From contig CAWHWQ010000002.1 of NCBI GenBank assembly GCA_963833095.1, positions 160,001-224,000 of the forward strand: 64,000 nt of DNA, read 5' to 3'. A model generated the notes under the pieces. It saw only the letters and a list, made by a program, of their open reading frames with translations. It was not told the origin of the DNA and did no database searches. A program made the position numbers and the translations under genes. Origin of the DNA: Vulcanimicrobiota bacterium. Lineage in GTDB: Bacteria; Vulcanimicrobiota; Vulcanimicrobiia; Vulcanimicrobiales; Vulcanimicrobiaceae. Shown here one piece after another: positions 1 to 10,230 of this stretch (position 1 is the stretch's first letter; each line of letters starts with the position of its first letter).

Positions 1-702
1 CCGGACGTCTCCGGAATGCGCTACCCTGCGACGTTCATCGGTGTGGCGGAGGAGTCCGGACTCATTGTTCCGCTTGGCGCCTGGGTGCTGCGCAGCGCTT
101 GCGCGCAGCTCGCTCGCTGGAGCCGACGCGGCTTGCACCGGTATCTTTCGGTGAACGTGTCGGCGCGCCAATTCATGCATCCGGACTTTTGCGCAACGCT
201 CGCCGATGCGCTCGAGAGTAGCGGCGCCGATCCGAACCTGCTCGATATCGAGATCACCGAGTCAACGCTGCTCACCAACGTACACGCGGTGCGTCGTATC
301 CTCGAAGAAGTCAAGGCGATGGGCCCAACGGTAACAATCGACGATTTTGGAACCGGCTACAGCGCACTCGTCTACCTCAAGGAGTTCTCGCTGCATGCGC
401 TCAAGCTCGACCGCACGTTCGTTTCGGACATCGAGCATCGCTCGGAACGAGCGATCGCACGTTCCATCGTGCGTATCGCGCACACGCTGGGAATGAAGGT
501 CACCGCTGAAGGGGTTGAAACCCCTGAGCAATTCGATACGCTGTACCAGCTACGTTGCGATCGCGCGCAGGGTTTTCATTTCGGGAGACCCGTGCCGGTT
601 GAAGAGTTCGACCACCTCTACGCGAACGCGGCCGGGACGCCGCTCGTCGCCCCCCACCCCGCGCGCCGCCTGGTCGCATTGACATCGCCCGTCGTGGAGT
701 GA
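1..702 (+). CDS. EAL-domain c-di-GMP phosphodiesterase, C-terminal part (5' end outside window)
   Basis: Frame open from base 1; EAL motifs PATFIGVAEESGLI, SVNVSARQF, IEITES, IDDFGTGYS, LKLDRTF, AEGVET, QGFHFGRP. Confidence 0.92.
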   Translation, partial: PDVSGMRYPATFIGVAEESGLIVPLGAWVLRSACAQLARWSRRGLHRYLSVNVSARQFMHPDFCATLADALESSGADPNLLDIEITESTLLTNVHAVRRILEEVKAMGPTVTIDDFGTGYSALVYLKEFSLHALKLDRTFVSDIEHRSERAIARSIVRIAHTLGMKVTAEGVETPEQFDTLYQLRCDRAQGFHFGRPVPVEEFDHLYANAAGTPLVAPHPARRLVALTSPVVE

Positions 703-752
703 ACAAGTGTTCGCCTGTATCCGGTCGTGAAAATGAGTGCTTAAATCGTGCT

Positions 753-1256
753 ATGAGTGTGAAGAGCCACGACACCGTCGGAAGCGAGCTGGCGACCTCG
801 CTGACGGTCAACGGAAAGACCTATGCGGTCGAAGCCGATTGCCGCACCTCGCTGCTCGACTACCTGCGCGAAACCCTTGGACTGACCGGGACGAAGAAAG
901 GCTGCGATCACGGCCAATGCGGCGCGTGCACGATCCACGTCAACGGTAAACGCACCCTCTCGTGTCTGACCTTTGTGGCGATGCACGACGGCGACGAGAT
1001 CACAACCATCGAAGGCCTCGCCGACGGGGAAAATCTGCATCCCGTGCAGGCCGCATTTCTCGAACACGACGGCTACCAGTGCGGGTACTGCACCTCAGGA
1101 CAAATCATGTCGGCGGCGGCAATGATCAACGAGCCCTGGGGCCCCGACGATGCCGACGTCGCCGAAGCAATGAGCGGAAACATCTGTCGGTGCGGTGCCT
1201 ATCAGCGCATCGTCGCCGCGATCCAATCGGTTCGCCAGTGGGAAGCGCTATTGTGA
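753..1256 (+). CDS. Xanthine dehydrogenase/aldehyde oxidoreductase family 2Fe-2S subunit (YagT/PaoA-like)
   Basis: GTKKGCDHGQCGACT, QCGYCTSGQ and GNICRCGAY motifs; ATG 753 preferred over GTG 699; no Tat leader. Confidence 0.93.
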   Translation: MSVKSHDTVGSELATSLTVNGKTYAVEADCRTSLLDYLRETLGLTGTKKGCDHGQCGACTIHVNGKRTLSCLTFVAMHDGDEITTIEGLADGENLHPVQAAFLEHDGYQCGYCTSGQIMSAAAMINEPWGPDDADVAEAMSGNICRCGAYQRIVAAIQSVRQWEALL

Positions 1257-2227
1257 GACGTTTTGACATGACGCGCGCTGCCGATCTCGACGAAGCGCTA
1301 CGCGCAACGCAAACCGCGCCGGCGAGATTCGTCGCCGGCGGCACGACGCTGATCGATTTGATGCGTCAAGACGTCGAACGGCCCGAGCGCGTGGTCGCGA
1401 TCAACCGTCTTCCGCTGACGACGATCCAAACGACTGCAGAGAACGGTCTCGTCATCGGAGCCCTCGCGACCAACAGCGAGGTCGCGCACCATCCCAAGGT
1501 CCGCTCGGAGTACCGCGTGTTGTCCGAAGCGATTCTCTCGGGCGCAACGACGCAGATCCGCAACATGGCGACGACCGGCGGCAATTTGCTCCAACGCACG
1601 CGCTGCATCTACTTTCGCGATCCCCACTCGGCGTGCAATAAGCGCGAGCCGGGAAGCGGCTGTCCAGCGACGAGCGGATTCAATCGCAACCTCGCGGTGC
1701 TGGGAACAAGCGAGCACTGCATCGCCACTAATCCGTCCGACCAAAACGTCGCGCTCGCGGCTTTGGGCGCAATTATCGACGTGCAAGGATCGGCGCGCTC
1801 TCGCAGCATTCCGATTGACCGCTTTTTTCTGCTTCCGGACTCGACACCCGAACTCGAGACCACGCTCGAGCCCGGGGAGTTGATCGTCGGGGTCACGCTC
1901 CCCCCGATGAACGGTTGGCGCTCGCACTATCTCAAACTGCGCGACCGGCAGTCGTACGAATTCGCGCTCGCCTCGGCGGCGGTCGCCGTTCGGCTCGACG
2001 GTTCCACCATTGCTGACGCGCGTATCGCGCTCGGCGGTGTCGGCACGATTCCTTGGCGCGTTCCGCAAGCCGAATCGTCGCTGACCGGAAAAGCTGCGTC
2101 GCGCGACGCGTTCCGCGCGGCTGCGGAAATCGCGCTCCACAATGCGCGACCGCAGAGCGAGAATGCTTTCAAAATCGAGCTTGCCAAACGCTGCCTGGTG
2201 CAAGCGCTGCTCGAGGCGACGGCATGA
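1253..2227 (+). CDS. FAD-binding subunit (YagS/PaoB-like)
   Basis: AGGTTLIDLM, QIRNMATTGGNLLQRTRC, YLKLRDRQSYEFAL; GTG start overlaps the upstream stop (GTGA). Confidence 0.93.
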   Translation: MRRFDMTRAADLDEALRATQTAPARFVAGGTTLIDLMRQDVERPERVVAINRLPLTTIQTTAENGLVIGALATNSEVAHHPKVRSEYRVLSEAILSGATTQIRNMATTGGNLLQRTRCIYFRDPHSACNKREPGSGCPATSGFNRNLAVLGTSEHCIATNPSDQNVALAALGAIIDVQGSARSRSIPIDRFFLLPDSTPELETTLEPGELIVGVTLPPMNGWRSHYLKLRDRQSYEFALASAAVAVRLDGSTIADARIALGGVGTIPWRVPQAESSLTGKAASRDAFRAAAEIALHNARPQSENAFKIELAKRCLVQALLEATA

Positions 2228-4275
2228 GCGTCGGAGCACCGATCGATCGCATCGATGGCCGCCTCAAAGTCACCGGCGGCGCGGACTACGCTTCGGATCG
2301 CGTCCTTGACGGCATGCTCTACGGCGTTCCGGTCGGCAGCACGATCGCCGCGGGTCGCGTGCTCAACGTCGATCCAGCTGCCGCGCTTGCTGTTCCCGGC
2401 GTCGTCGCCGTGTTCGATCACACCAACATCGGCACGTTCCAATCGCTGCACCCGCCGATGTCGCAGCAGCGCGCCTACGTTGACGAAACTCGCGCACCGC
2501 TTTCCGATGACGCCGTCGCTTACTATGGGCAATACGTCGCGGTGGTGATCGCGCGGACGCTCGAATCGGCAACGGAAGGCGCGTCAGCCGTGCGTGTCAC
2601 GTATGCGCCGGCGATTCCGCTGAATTCTCCCGTCAGGTACGACGAAGGCGAGCGCGGCGTCGTGAGCCACCGCGGCGATCCCGACAAAGCCTTCGCCGAG
2701 GCTTCCATCACACTCGACGAGGTGTATCGCACACCGGCCGAGACGCACAATCCGATCGAGCTGCACGCGACGGTCGCATCGTGGGATGGCGATAGCGTCA
2801 CGCTCTATGAAACGTCCCAGGCGATCGTCAATCACCGCAACGTCTTGGCACGCATGTTTGGCCTTCCCGTCGAGAACGTTCGCGTCATCACCCGCTATTT
2901 GGGTTCAGGATTCGGGGGCAAATTGTGGCCGTGGGCGCAGTCGCCACTCGCCGCGGCCGCCGCGCGAAAGCTCGGTCAGCCGGTGAAGATCGTCGTCACC
3001 CGCGAGCAGATGTTTATGAACGTCGGCCACCGCCCCGTAACGGTGCAGCGCGTGCGTCTGAGTGCCGATGCGGACGGGCGCCTTACCTCGCTACAGCACG
3101 ACTACGCCAATCACACCAACATGCTCGATGACTACGACGAAGGCTGCTCGGAAGCAACGACCTACTTTTACAGCACGCCGAATCTGCGCGTCACGAGCGG
3201 ACTTGCAAAACGCAACGTCGGCGCGCCGACCTCGATGCGCGGCCCCGGCGCCGTTCCCGGTTTATTCGCGACCGAGTCGGCCCTCGACGAGCTTGCCATT
3301 CTTTTGAAAATGGATCCGGTCGCGTTGCGCTTGCGCAACACGCCGGCAATCGACGAGGGCCTCAATATCCCGTTCACCTCGTGCCACGTTGCCGAGTGCT
3401 ACGAACAGGGCGCAAAGACGTTCGGGTGGCACGACCGCACCGCGGGAGTTGGCTCGATGAAGCGGGATGGCATGATCGTCGGATGGGGCGTGGCCGGATG
3501 CTCGTGGATCGCCGATCGCCTCCACTGCGAAGTCCGCGTGGAGTTGCACGGCGACCGCGCGCACGTGTTTTGCGGCACCCAAGATATTGGGACCGGCACG
3601 TACACGATGCTCGCGCAAATCGCAAGCGACGCGCTCGGCATCCCCGTTTCGCGCATCACGATCTCGATCGGCGATTCGTCACTCCCGCCCGGCCCGTTGT
3701 CGGGCGGCTCGATGGCGACCGCATCCGTTATTCCGGCAACGATCGACGCGTGCAAGGAAGCCTTGAAAAAAGGCGTGGGCTACGGGAAGTCCGATGCGAC
3801 GTTTCAAAACAAGAACCGCAAGAAATCGAGTCACTCGTTCGGCGCGCAGTTCGTTGAGGTCACCTGGCAGCCCGAGATCGCGCGCTTACGCGTGCGACGT
3901 ACCGTTACCGTGATCGACGCGGGCACGATCATCAACCCGAAGACCGCGCGCAACCAAATCGAGGGCGCGGTCGTGTTTGGCGTGGGAATGGCGCTGTTTG
4001 AGCAAACGCATTACGATCCCAAGACGGCGGCGCCACTCAATCGCAACTTTGCCGATTACGTCGTCGCATCGAATGCGGATCATCCGTCGATGGACGTAAG
4101 CTTCCTCAATTATCCCGACTACGATTTGAATCCACTGGGTGCGCGAGGCGTCGGCGAAATCGGCCTTGCGGGCGTCGCGCCCGCGATTACCGCCGCCGTG
4201 TATCACGCGACCGGCGTGCGCGTTCGGGATCTTCCGGTCAGCATCGAGGATCTTCTGCCCCGGCAGCCTTCGTAG
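2224..4275 (+). CDS. Molybdopterin-binding subunit (YagR/PaoC-like)
   Basis: RIDGRLKVTG, HNPIE, GSGFGGK, SMRGPG, QDIGTGTYT, GARGVGEIG; ATGA overlap with the upstream gene. Confidence 0.93.
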   Translation: MSVGAPIDRIDGRLKVTGGADYASDRVLDGMLYGVPVGSTIAAGRVLNVDPAAALAVPGVVAVFDHTNIGTFQSLHPPMSQQRAYVDETRAPLSDDAVAYYGQYVAVVIARTLESATEGASAVRVTYAPAIPLNSPVRYDEGERGVVSHRGDPDKAFAEASITLDEVYRTPAETHNPIELHATVASWDGDSVTLYETSQAIVNHRNVLARMFGLPVENVRVITRYLGSGFGGKLWPWAQSPLAAAAARKLGQPVKIVVTREQMFMNVGHRPVTVQRVRLSADADGRLTSLQHDYANHTNMLDDYDEGCSEATTYFYSTPNLRVTSGLAKRNVGAPTSMRGPGAVPGLFATESALDELAILLKMDPVALRLRNTPAIDEGLNIPFTSCHVAECYEQGAKTFGWHDRTAGVGSMKRDGMIVGWGVAGCSWIADRLHCEVRVELHGDRAHVFCGTQDIGTGTYTMLAQIASDALGIPVSRITISIGDSSLPPGPLSGGSMATASVIPATIDACKEALKKGVGYGKSDATFQNKNRKKSSHSFGAQFVEVTWQPEIARLRVRRTVTVIDAGTIINPKTARNQIEGAVVFGVGMALFEQTHYDPKTAAPLNRNFADYVVASNADHPSMDVSFLNYPDYDLNPLGARGVGEIGLAGVAPAITAAVYHATGVRVRDLPVSIEDLLPRQPS

Positions 4276-4293
4276 AAGGCGGAGGATTCAACT

Positions 4294-5772
4294 ATGCCCG
4301 ATATCGTTCTCATTGGCGCCGGCATCATGAGTTCAACGCTTGGCGTCATCCTCAAGGAATTGGATCCCAATCTCACGATCGAGATGCACGAAGTTCTTGA
4401 GAGCCCCGCGCAAGAGAGCTCGAACGCGTGGAACAACGCCGGGACGGGCCACGCAGCGCTGTGTGAATTGAACTACACACCGGAGCAAAGTGACGGCAGC
4501 ATCGACATTTCAAAGGCGCTCGAGGTGAACACGGAGTTTGACCTCTCCCGCCAATTCTGGAGCTACCTCGTCAAGAGCGGCGCGATCAAAGACCCGCAGT
4601 CTTTCATCCACCCCGTGCCGCACATGAGCTTCGTGCGCGGAGCGGAGAACGTGGAGTTCTTGCACCGGCGTTTCACCGCGTTAACCGCGAACTTCTTATA
4701 TGCGGGAATGGAGTATTCGCAGGACCCTAAAGAAATCGCGGAATGGACACCGCTGGTTATGGAAGGCCGCGACCCAAGCGAGCCGACGGCGGCAACGCGA
4801 ATGGTCACCGGTACCGACGTCGATTATGGCGCGCTCACCAACCTGCTGCTCGACTCGCTCAAAGGCAAGGACGGCTTCTCGCTCAACTTTTCCAGCCGCG
4901 TGCAGAACCTGCAGCGCGCCGGGTCGCGTTGGAACGTGCGCGTGCGTGATGAGAAAACCGGTGATCACCGCGACGTTCTCGCCGACTTTGTTTTCATCGG
5001 CGCGGGCGGCGGTTCGCTGCCGCTCTTGCAAAAGTCCGGGATTCCCGAGGCGCGCGGCTACGCGGGATTTCCGGTGAGCGGTATTTGGCTTCGTTGCGAC
5101 GATTCGCAGATCGCCGCGCGCCACAACGCGAAGGTGTACGGCAAAGCATCGGTCGGATCGCCGCCGATGTCGGTGCCGCATCTCGACCGGCGTCACGTCG
5201 ACGGTACCATCGCCTTGCTCTTTGGCCCGTACGCCGGCTTTTCGACCAAATTCCTCAAACACGGCTCCTATCTCGATCTCTTCGGATCGATCGATCCGGA
5301 GAACATTCTGCCGCTGCTCGCCGTCGGACGCGACAACTTCGCGCTGGAGAAGTACTTGATCGGCCAATTGCTCGAGAGCGAGCAACAGCGGTTCGCCGCG
5401 CTGCGTGACTATTTCCCCAACGCCAAGGAATCGGATTGGCGCATCGATGTCGCGGGGCAACGGGTGCAGATCGTCAAGAAGGATCCAACGCACGGCGGCA
5501 TCCTGCAGTTCGGCACCGAGATCGTCGGATCGGCGGACGGTTCTATCGTCGCGCTGCTTGGCGCATCCCCCGGCGCTTCAACGTCGGTAGCCGTCATGCT
5601 CAGCGTGCTCGAACGCTGTTTTGCTGCGCGACTCAACGAATGGCGGCCCAAACTCACCGAGATGATTCCGTCGTTCGGTCAATCATTGATCGATAACCCC
5701 GAGTTAGTGCGGCGCGTACGCGGCGAATCGGCGTCCGTTTTGCACATCAACGAGCTTGCAACAGCGCACTAG
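4294..5772 (+). CDS. mqo: Malate:quinone oxidoreductase
   Basis: [63 protein letters not shown] upstream. Confidence 0.96.
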   Translation: MPDIVLIGAGIMSSTLGVILKELDPNLTIEMHEVLESPAQESSNAWNNAGTGHAALCELNYTPEQSDGSIDISKALEVNTEFDLSRQFWSYLVKSGAIKDPQSFIHPVPHMSFVRGAENVEFLHRRFTALTANFLYAGMEYSQDPKEIAEWTPLVMEGRDPSEPTAATRMVTGTDVDYGALTNLLLDSLKGKDGFSLNFSSRVQNLQRAGSRWNVRVRDEKTGDHRDVLADFVFIGAGGGSLPLLQKSGIPEARGYAGFPVSGIWLRCDDSQIAARHNAKVYGKASVGSPPMSVPHLDRRHVDGTIALLFGPYAGFSTKFLKHGSYLDLFGSIDPENILPLLAVGRDNFALEKYLIGQLLESEQQRFAALRDYFPNAKESDWRIDVAGQRVQIVKKDPTHGGILQFGTEIVGSADGSIVALLGASPGASTSVAVMLSVLERCFAARLNEWRPKLTEMIPSFGQSLIDNPELVRRVRGESASVLHINELATAH

Positions 5773-5782
5773 GAGTTACAAC

Positions 5783-6157
5783 ATGGTACGAGCGTATCGC
5801 CTCTATACCGGCTCCGACGGCAATTCGCACGTGGAACAAGGATGCATCAGCGACAACGCTTTGGTCGCGGCTGAGTCGATCCTTTTTAAGGAAACGCCGG
5901 CGCACTCATCGTATGATTGGCACAACGACCCTATCCCGCAATATGTCATCACGCTCAGCGGGGTGCTCGAATTTAGCACCAAGACGGGCGAGACGTTCAC
6001 CCTGCATCCGGGCGATGTACTGCTCGCGGTAGATAACACCGGAACGGGGCACAAGTGGCGCCTGATCAACGACGAACCGTGGAAGCGCGCGTACGTCGTC
6101 TTCAAAGCCGGATCGGACACGCATTTCCTTGCGGACCAGGTCGCGGCAAAATCCTAG
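5783..6157 (+). CDS. Small cupin-fold protein
   Basis: WHNDP..QYVITLSG..EF and GDVLLAVDNTGTGH cupin-like motifs; SD AGGAG before ATG 5783. Confidence 0.75.
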   Translation: MVRAYRLYTGSDGNSHVEQGCISDNALVAAESILFKETPAHSSYDWHNDPIPQYVITLSGVLEFSTKTGETFTLHPGDVLLAVDNTGTGHKWRLINDEPWKRAYVVFKAGSDTHFLADQVAAKS

Positions 6158-6166
6158 TTCGCGCGC

Positions 6167-6970
6167 CTACTCTACCTCGAGCGGCACGCCTTGCGCGGCT
6201 TGGGCTTCCTGCGCTTTGGGTGGCCCGCGAAGGACGCGCGCGACGAGCACCGCAACCACGGCGCCAATGATCGAACCCAGCGGGTAGACCCAATAGGTCG
6301 AGAGATTGCCGATCGCAAGATCGGGTGAGAACGCTCGGGCCGGGTTGAATGCGGCGCCGTCGTATGGACCGCCCATCGTTCCGACAGACATGACGAATGC
6401 ACCGACAGCCAGAGGAACGTATGCGCCGTTGAGTTTCGGGCCGTTGGCCATGCTCAACACCATCAGCACAAGCCCGAACACAAGGATTGCCTCAAAACCC
6501 ACCGAGGGCCACTCCTGACCCGGCGGTGGAATCGTCGCGGCCAAGTTGCCGCCTGTGCCAAAGTACGCGCGAGCGAGCAGCGAACCAGCACTGGCCGCCG
6601 CGAACTGCACGACGAAGTATGCGCAAGCCATGGGCCAACCCATGTCCCCGCGCAGCGTGAACGCTAGTGTCATAGCCGGATTGAAATGCGCCGAAATATC
6701 GCCGAGAAAATAGACGGCTACCACCAGCCAAAGCGCCGAAATCATCGAGAGAATGAAGGCGTACTGATACTTTGCGAGGTCGGCGCCACCATACTTCGCC
6801 AGCACTGCGGCGCCGCCCGACAAGAGAAACATGAAGCCAGCCGTCCCGATGAACTCCGCGAGTAAGCGGCGCAGGCGATGCTCCCGGCTATGCCAGTCCG
6901 CGGTGAACCGCGCACCAAATTGCCGTTCTAGCGCCGCCTGACCTATCTCACTCATCGCCTGCGCGTTCAT
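6167..6970 (-). CDS. Aquaporin / MIP family channel
   Basis: AEFIGT, two NPA boxes (HFNPAMT, FNPARAF), hydrophobic helices; start overlaps the fumC stop (TAATG). Confidence 0.9.
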   Translation of the reverse strand: MNAQAMSEIGQAALERQFGARFTADWHSREHRLRRLLAEFIGTAGFMFLLSGGAAVLAKYGGADLAKYQYAFILSMISALWLVVAVYFLGDISAHFNPAMTLAFTLRGDMGWPMACAYFVVQFAAASAGSLLARAYFGTGGNLAATIPPPGQEWPSVGFEAILVFGLVLMVLSMANGPKLNGAYVPLAVGAFVMSVGTMGGPYDGAAFNPARAFSPDLAIGNLSTYWVYPLGSIIGAVVAVLVARVLRGPPKAQEAQAAQGVPLEVE

Positions 6971-8436
6971 TACTTGTTTGCAATGTCCGCCGATCCCGGG
7001 TGCGTAAGGTTGATCGGCACAACCACGCGATCGAAAAGGTTCTCGTCAACGCCGTTTGCGAGCGCTGCTTGTTTGAGGGTCAAGTTTTTGGCAATCGCGT
7101 AGTACGAGATCTTCGCCGACAGGTCGTACCCAATCACGGGCGACAACGCCGTCACCATCATCACGGAACGGTCGACATTGGCCTTGAGCTGTGCCTCGTT
7201 GAGCAACGCGCCTTCGACCATGAACTCGCGGAAGTGATCGCACATGTCAGCCATGATCAACGCCGAGTGAAGGTAGTTGGCGATGATGATCGGGCGGAAT
7301 GCGTTGAGCTCGAAATTCCCTTCGGAGCCTCCCATCTGAACCGCGACATCGGATCCCATGATCTCGATGCAGACCATCAACATCGCTTCAGCTTGGGTCG
7401 GGTTTACTTTCCCGGGCATGATCGACGAGCCGGGCTCGTTTGCCGGGAGAATCAACTCCATGAGGCCGGTGCGCGGTCCCGAGCCGAGCCAGCGCATGTC
7501 GTTGGCAATTTTGAAAAGCGAGACGGCAGTCGTCTTCAGTCCGGCATGGGCGCGCACCATGCGGTCGAGCGTGCCTTGAGCCGTGAACTTGTTGTCGGCC
7601 GTTTTGATCGCGAATCCGGTCAGCGTCGAAAGTTGCGCAGCCACTTCGTCGCCAAAACCGACGGGCGCATTGAGGCCCGTTCCGACGGCCGTGCCGCCCA
7701 TCGCCACTTGCAGTAAACCCTCGGTGACGCGCGCGAGCTCAGCAATGCTGTCGTCGAGCGCGCCGACGTACCCCGACCACTCCTGACCTACGGTCAGCGG
7801 CGTCGCGTCCTCAAGATGCGTGCGGCCGATTTTTACGACGTCGTTCCAGATCTGCGCCTTTTTCGCGAGCGCATCGCGCAGCCGCCTTAGAGCCGGGAGC
7901 GTCTTCTCGGTCGCCATCTTGTAAGCGGCAACGTGCATCGCGGTCGGGAACGTATCGTTGCTCGATTGCCCCATGTTGACGTGATCGTTGGGATGGATGG
8001 GTTCTTGCGCGCCGAGCACGCCTCCAACTAACTGGATACAGCGGTTGGAGATCACCTCATTGACGTTCATGTTCGACTGCGTGCCCGAGCCGGTCTGCCA
8101 CACGTACAGCGGAAACTCGCTGTCGAGCGCGCCACTGATCACCTCATCGCTCACCCGTTCGATGAGTTTGCCTTTCCAGTCGGGGAGGCGACCGGCCGCA
8201 GTGTTCACGATCGCGGCGGCTTTTTTCACGTAGCCGTACGCGTGATACACTTCTTTGGGCATGCGGTCATTGCCAATGTTGAAGTGCTCGAGACTTCGCT
8301 GGGTTTGCGCGCCCCAATAATGGTCGGCTGGAACGTCGACCGTGCCCAAGCTGTCGAATTCCTTGCGCATGCCGGTAGCTTGTAAGCCGATTGGAAGGTT
8401 GAGTACCGTGGGAGGCTTCTGTTCTGTGTGGATCAT
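6970..8436 (-). CDS. fumC: Class II fumarate hydratase
   Basis: WGAQTQRS, WQTGSGTQSNMN, HPNDHVN, GSSIMPGKVNP signature. Confidence 0.96.
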   Translation of the reverse strand: MIHTEQKPPTVLNLPIGLQATGMRKEFDSLGTVDVPADHYWGAQTQRSLEHFNIGNDRMPKEVYHAYGYVKKAAAIVNTAAGRLPDWKGKLIERVSDEVISGALDSEFPLYVWQTGSGTQSNMNVNEVISNRCIQLVGGVLGAQEPIHPNDHVNMGQSSNDTFPTAMHVAAYKMATEKTLPALRRLRDALAKKAQIWNDVVKIGRTHLEDATPLTVGQEWSGYVGALDDSIAELARVTEGLLQVAMGGTAVGTGLNAPVGFGDEVAAQLSTLTGFAIKTADNKFTAQGTLDRMVRAHAGLKTTAVSLFKIANDMRWLGSGPRTGLMELILPANEPGSSIMPGKVNPTQAEAMLMVCIEIMGSDVAVQMGGSEGNFELNAFRPIIIANYLHSALIMADMCDHFREFMVEGALLNEAQLKANVDRSVMMVTALSPVIGYDLSAKISYYAIAKNLTLKQAALANGVDENLFDRVVVPINLTHPGSADIANK

Positions 8437-8490
8437 GGTCAGATACCTCGTCGTCCATCGCCCAGTGTAATCATGATACTCGGCCCTTGG

Positions 8491-9447
8491 TTAGCGCGTC
8501 AACGCAATGGCGATCGGCACGGTGACGATCATCGAGACGGTCGTCAACAGAAACGTCGAGGCGGCTTCGGCTTCGTACACTTTGTAGCGAACCGCGAGCA
8601 TCGGGAAAATCACGGCGGTTGAGATCGCGCAGATCAGGATCGCTTCGCTGCTAACGGGCTTAGCGATCGCCAGCGCCACGACCATCAGCGCCATGATCCC
8701 GGGTTGGACGAGCATCTTCGTCATTACGTTGCCGAGAATTTCCGGTGTCAATGTGATCTTATACGCGGCGAGAATGATTCCGGCCACGAAGAGCGCGACC
8801 CCCGCGGTCGCGGAGCCGATGAGTTCGAACATGTTCTCGATCTCGGTTGGTACGCGCACATCCAGCAGCACGAGAATCGTCGCCAGCAGCGGCGCCCACA
8901 CGTATGGCCGCCTGAAAGTGTCCAAGATGCTGCGACGGAGCAGTGTCGAGACGCTTAGCGTCGCTGCGCCCGCCGCTCGCTGGCGATCGTATTCGAGCAT
9001 CGTGACGGTCGCCGGCACGAGCATGATGTTAAACATCAGCGCAGCGACGGCAATAGTGAGAAGAGCAGATGGACCAAAGAGCGGTGTGAGAATCGGAATG
9101 CCCGCGAACGAGGCGTTGGAATACGTTACGCTGCCCGCTTGAATCGCGGCGGCACCAAGGCTATGGCGCAGCGCATACACGCTGAGGAGCGCGACGACCA
9201 CAAACAGTCCCAGCGCAGCGACGATCAGTGCGAGCACGAACGGTGCTTCGGAAAAAAGCGAACCACGCGAGGCTCGGACGATTCCGACAAACAACAGCGC
9301 GGGAAAGGCGTAGTTGAGGACCAATTCATTGAGGCCCGCAACCTGGTCGCTGTCGAATCGCTTGGCGCGCCCCGCCCAAAACCCAAGTGCTAGAACGAAG
9401 AGCACCGGCAAAAGCACTTCAAGGGCGCTAAAGAAGGTCGTCAGCAT
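8491..9447 (-). CDS. AEC (auxin efflux carrier)-family permease, possibly malate/malonate
   Basis: About 10 hydrophobic helices; LNELVLNYAFPALLF and SNASFAGIPIL motifs; upstream of fumC. Confidence 0.85.
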   Translation of the reverse strand: MLTTFFSALEVLLPVLFVLALGFWAGRAKRFDSDQVAGLNELVLNYAFPALLFVGIVRASRGSLFSEAPFVLALIVAALGLFVVVALLSVYALRHSLGAAAIQAGSVTYSNASFAGIPILTPLFGPSALLTIAVAALMFNIMLVPATVTMLEYDRQRAAGAATLSVSTLLRRSILDTFRRPYVWAPLLATILVLLDVRVPTEIENMFELIGSATAGVALFVAGIILAAYKITLTPEILGNVMTKMLVQPGIMALMVVALAIAKPVSSEAILICAISTAVIFPMLAVRYKVYEAEAASTFLLTTVSMIVTVPIAIALTR

Positions 9448-9492
9448 ATCTCGCTCTAGCTCCTACGGTCGATGTGCTAGGATCTTAGCGCA

Positions 9493-9518
9493 GATTGCTT
9501 GGGCACCACAACGGGTAC
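9493..9518 (+). promoter_or_regulatory. Putative SigB/SigF-type promoter (GATTGC-N14-GGGTAC)
   Basis: Resembles GTTTAA-N12-14-GGGWAW / GGWWT-N16-17-GGGTAY; 10 nt upstream of GTG 9529. Confidence 0.4.
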
Positions 9519-9528
9519 GTAAGCAAGC

Positions 9529-9888
9529 GTGAAATCTCTCTTGGATGCCTTTGGCTCTTTTGCACGGCACGTCAACAGCTTTTGCTCGAGCCCCGCAGCG
9601 ACGGCCCTCGCCTTCTCGATCGTCTTGGTCTGGGCCCTTTCCGGTCCGCATTTTCACTATTCTAACGGATGGCAGTTGGTGATCAATACCGGGACGACGA
9701 TTGTAACGTTCCTCATGGTCTTCGTCCTCAATAACGCGCAGAGCCGTGATACGTCGGCGATCAATGCCAAACTCGACGCACTTATCTTCGCAATCGAAAG
9801 TGCCGACAATCGGATGATCGGTCTCGAGCAGGAAACTGAGTTAGCGGCAAAAGAGATCCGTGACGACGTCGTCAGCTCGGTTCAGTAA
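9529..9888 (+). CDS. Low-affinity iron permease family (Fet4-like) small membrane protein
   Basis: WQLVINTGTTIVTFLMVF..NAQSRDT.AINAKLD signature. Confidence 0.88.
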   Translation: MKSLLDAFGSFARHVNSFCSSPAATALAFSIVLVWALSGPHFHYSNGWQLVINTGTTIVTFLMVFVLNNAQSRDTSAINAKLDALIFAIESADNRMIGLEQETELAAKEIRDDVVSSVQ

Positions 9889-9906
9889 CTTGCGAGGTGA
9901 ACGCGC

Positions 9907-10230
9907 ATGATGGATTCTGAGACAACTTTTATCGCCGTACTCATCTTCACGATCGACCCGAAAGATCTGGTCAGATTCGGTGACGCAGCCGCGCATTTGG
10001 TCCAGCACAAAGGGAGCGCAGCTCCCGGCTTCATTGAAAGTGTCGTGATGGCTAATGAGACCAAGACGCAAGTGTTGGTCGAGACGCGGTGGGAATCGCG
10101 GCACGCATGGGCACAGGTGCACTGGGATCAGGAGGTCGGAAACGGAATCGTCGCGCTCGTTGAGGGCGCGACGTCGTTTGATGTTCGAAGCTACGATCCG
10201 ATCGCGGTGGTGCGCCCCGCTAAGGCTTAG
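9907..10230 (+). CDS. ABM-like (dimeric alpha-beta barrel) protein
   Basis: PGFIES...VLVETRWES pattern; SD GAGG. Confidence 0.6.
   Translation: MMDSETTFIAVLIFTIDPKDLVRFGDAAAHLVQHKGSAAPGFIESVVMANETKTQVLVETRWESRHAWAQVHWDQEVGNGIVALVEGATSFDVRSYDPIAVVRPAKA

Noticed and set aside
962..1252. Long N-terminal extensions in the ORF track (also 2053, 11488, 14618, 30610, 37155, 44110, 48987, 55034)
   Set aside because: They overlap neighbouring real genes; downstream starts with SD sites or stop-start overlaps fit better.
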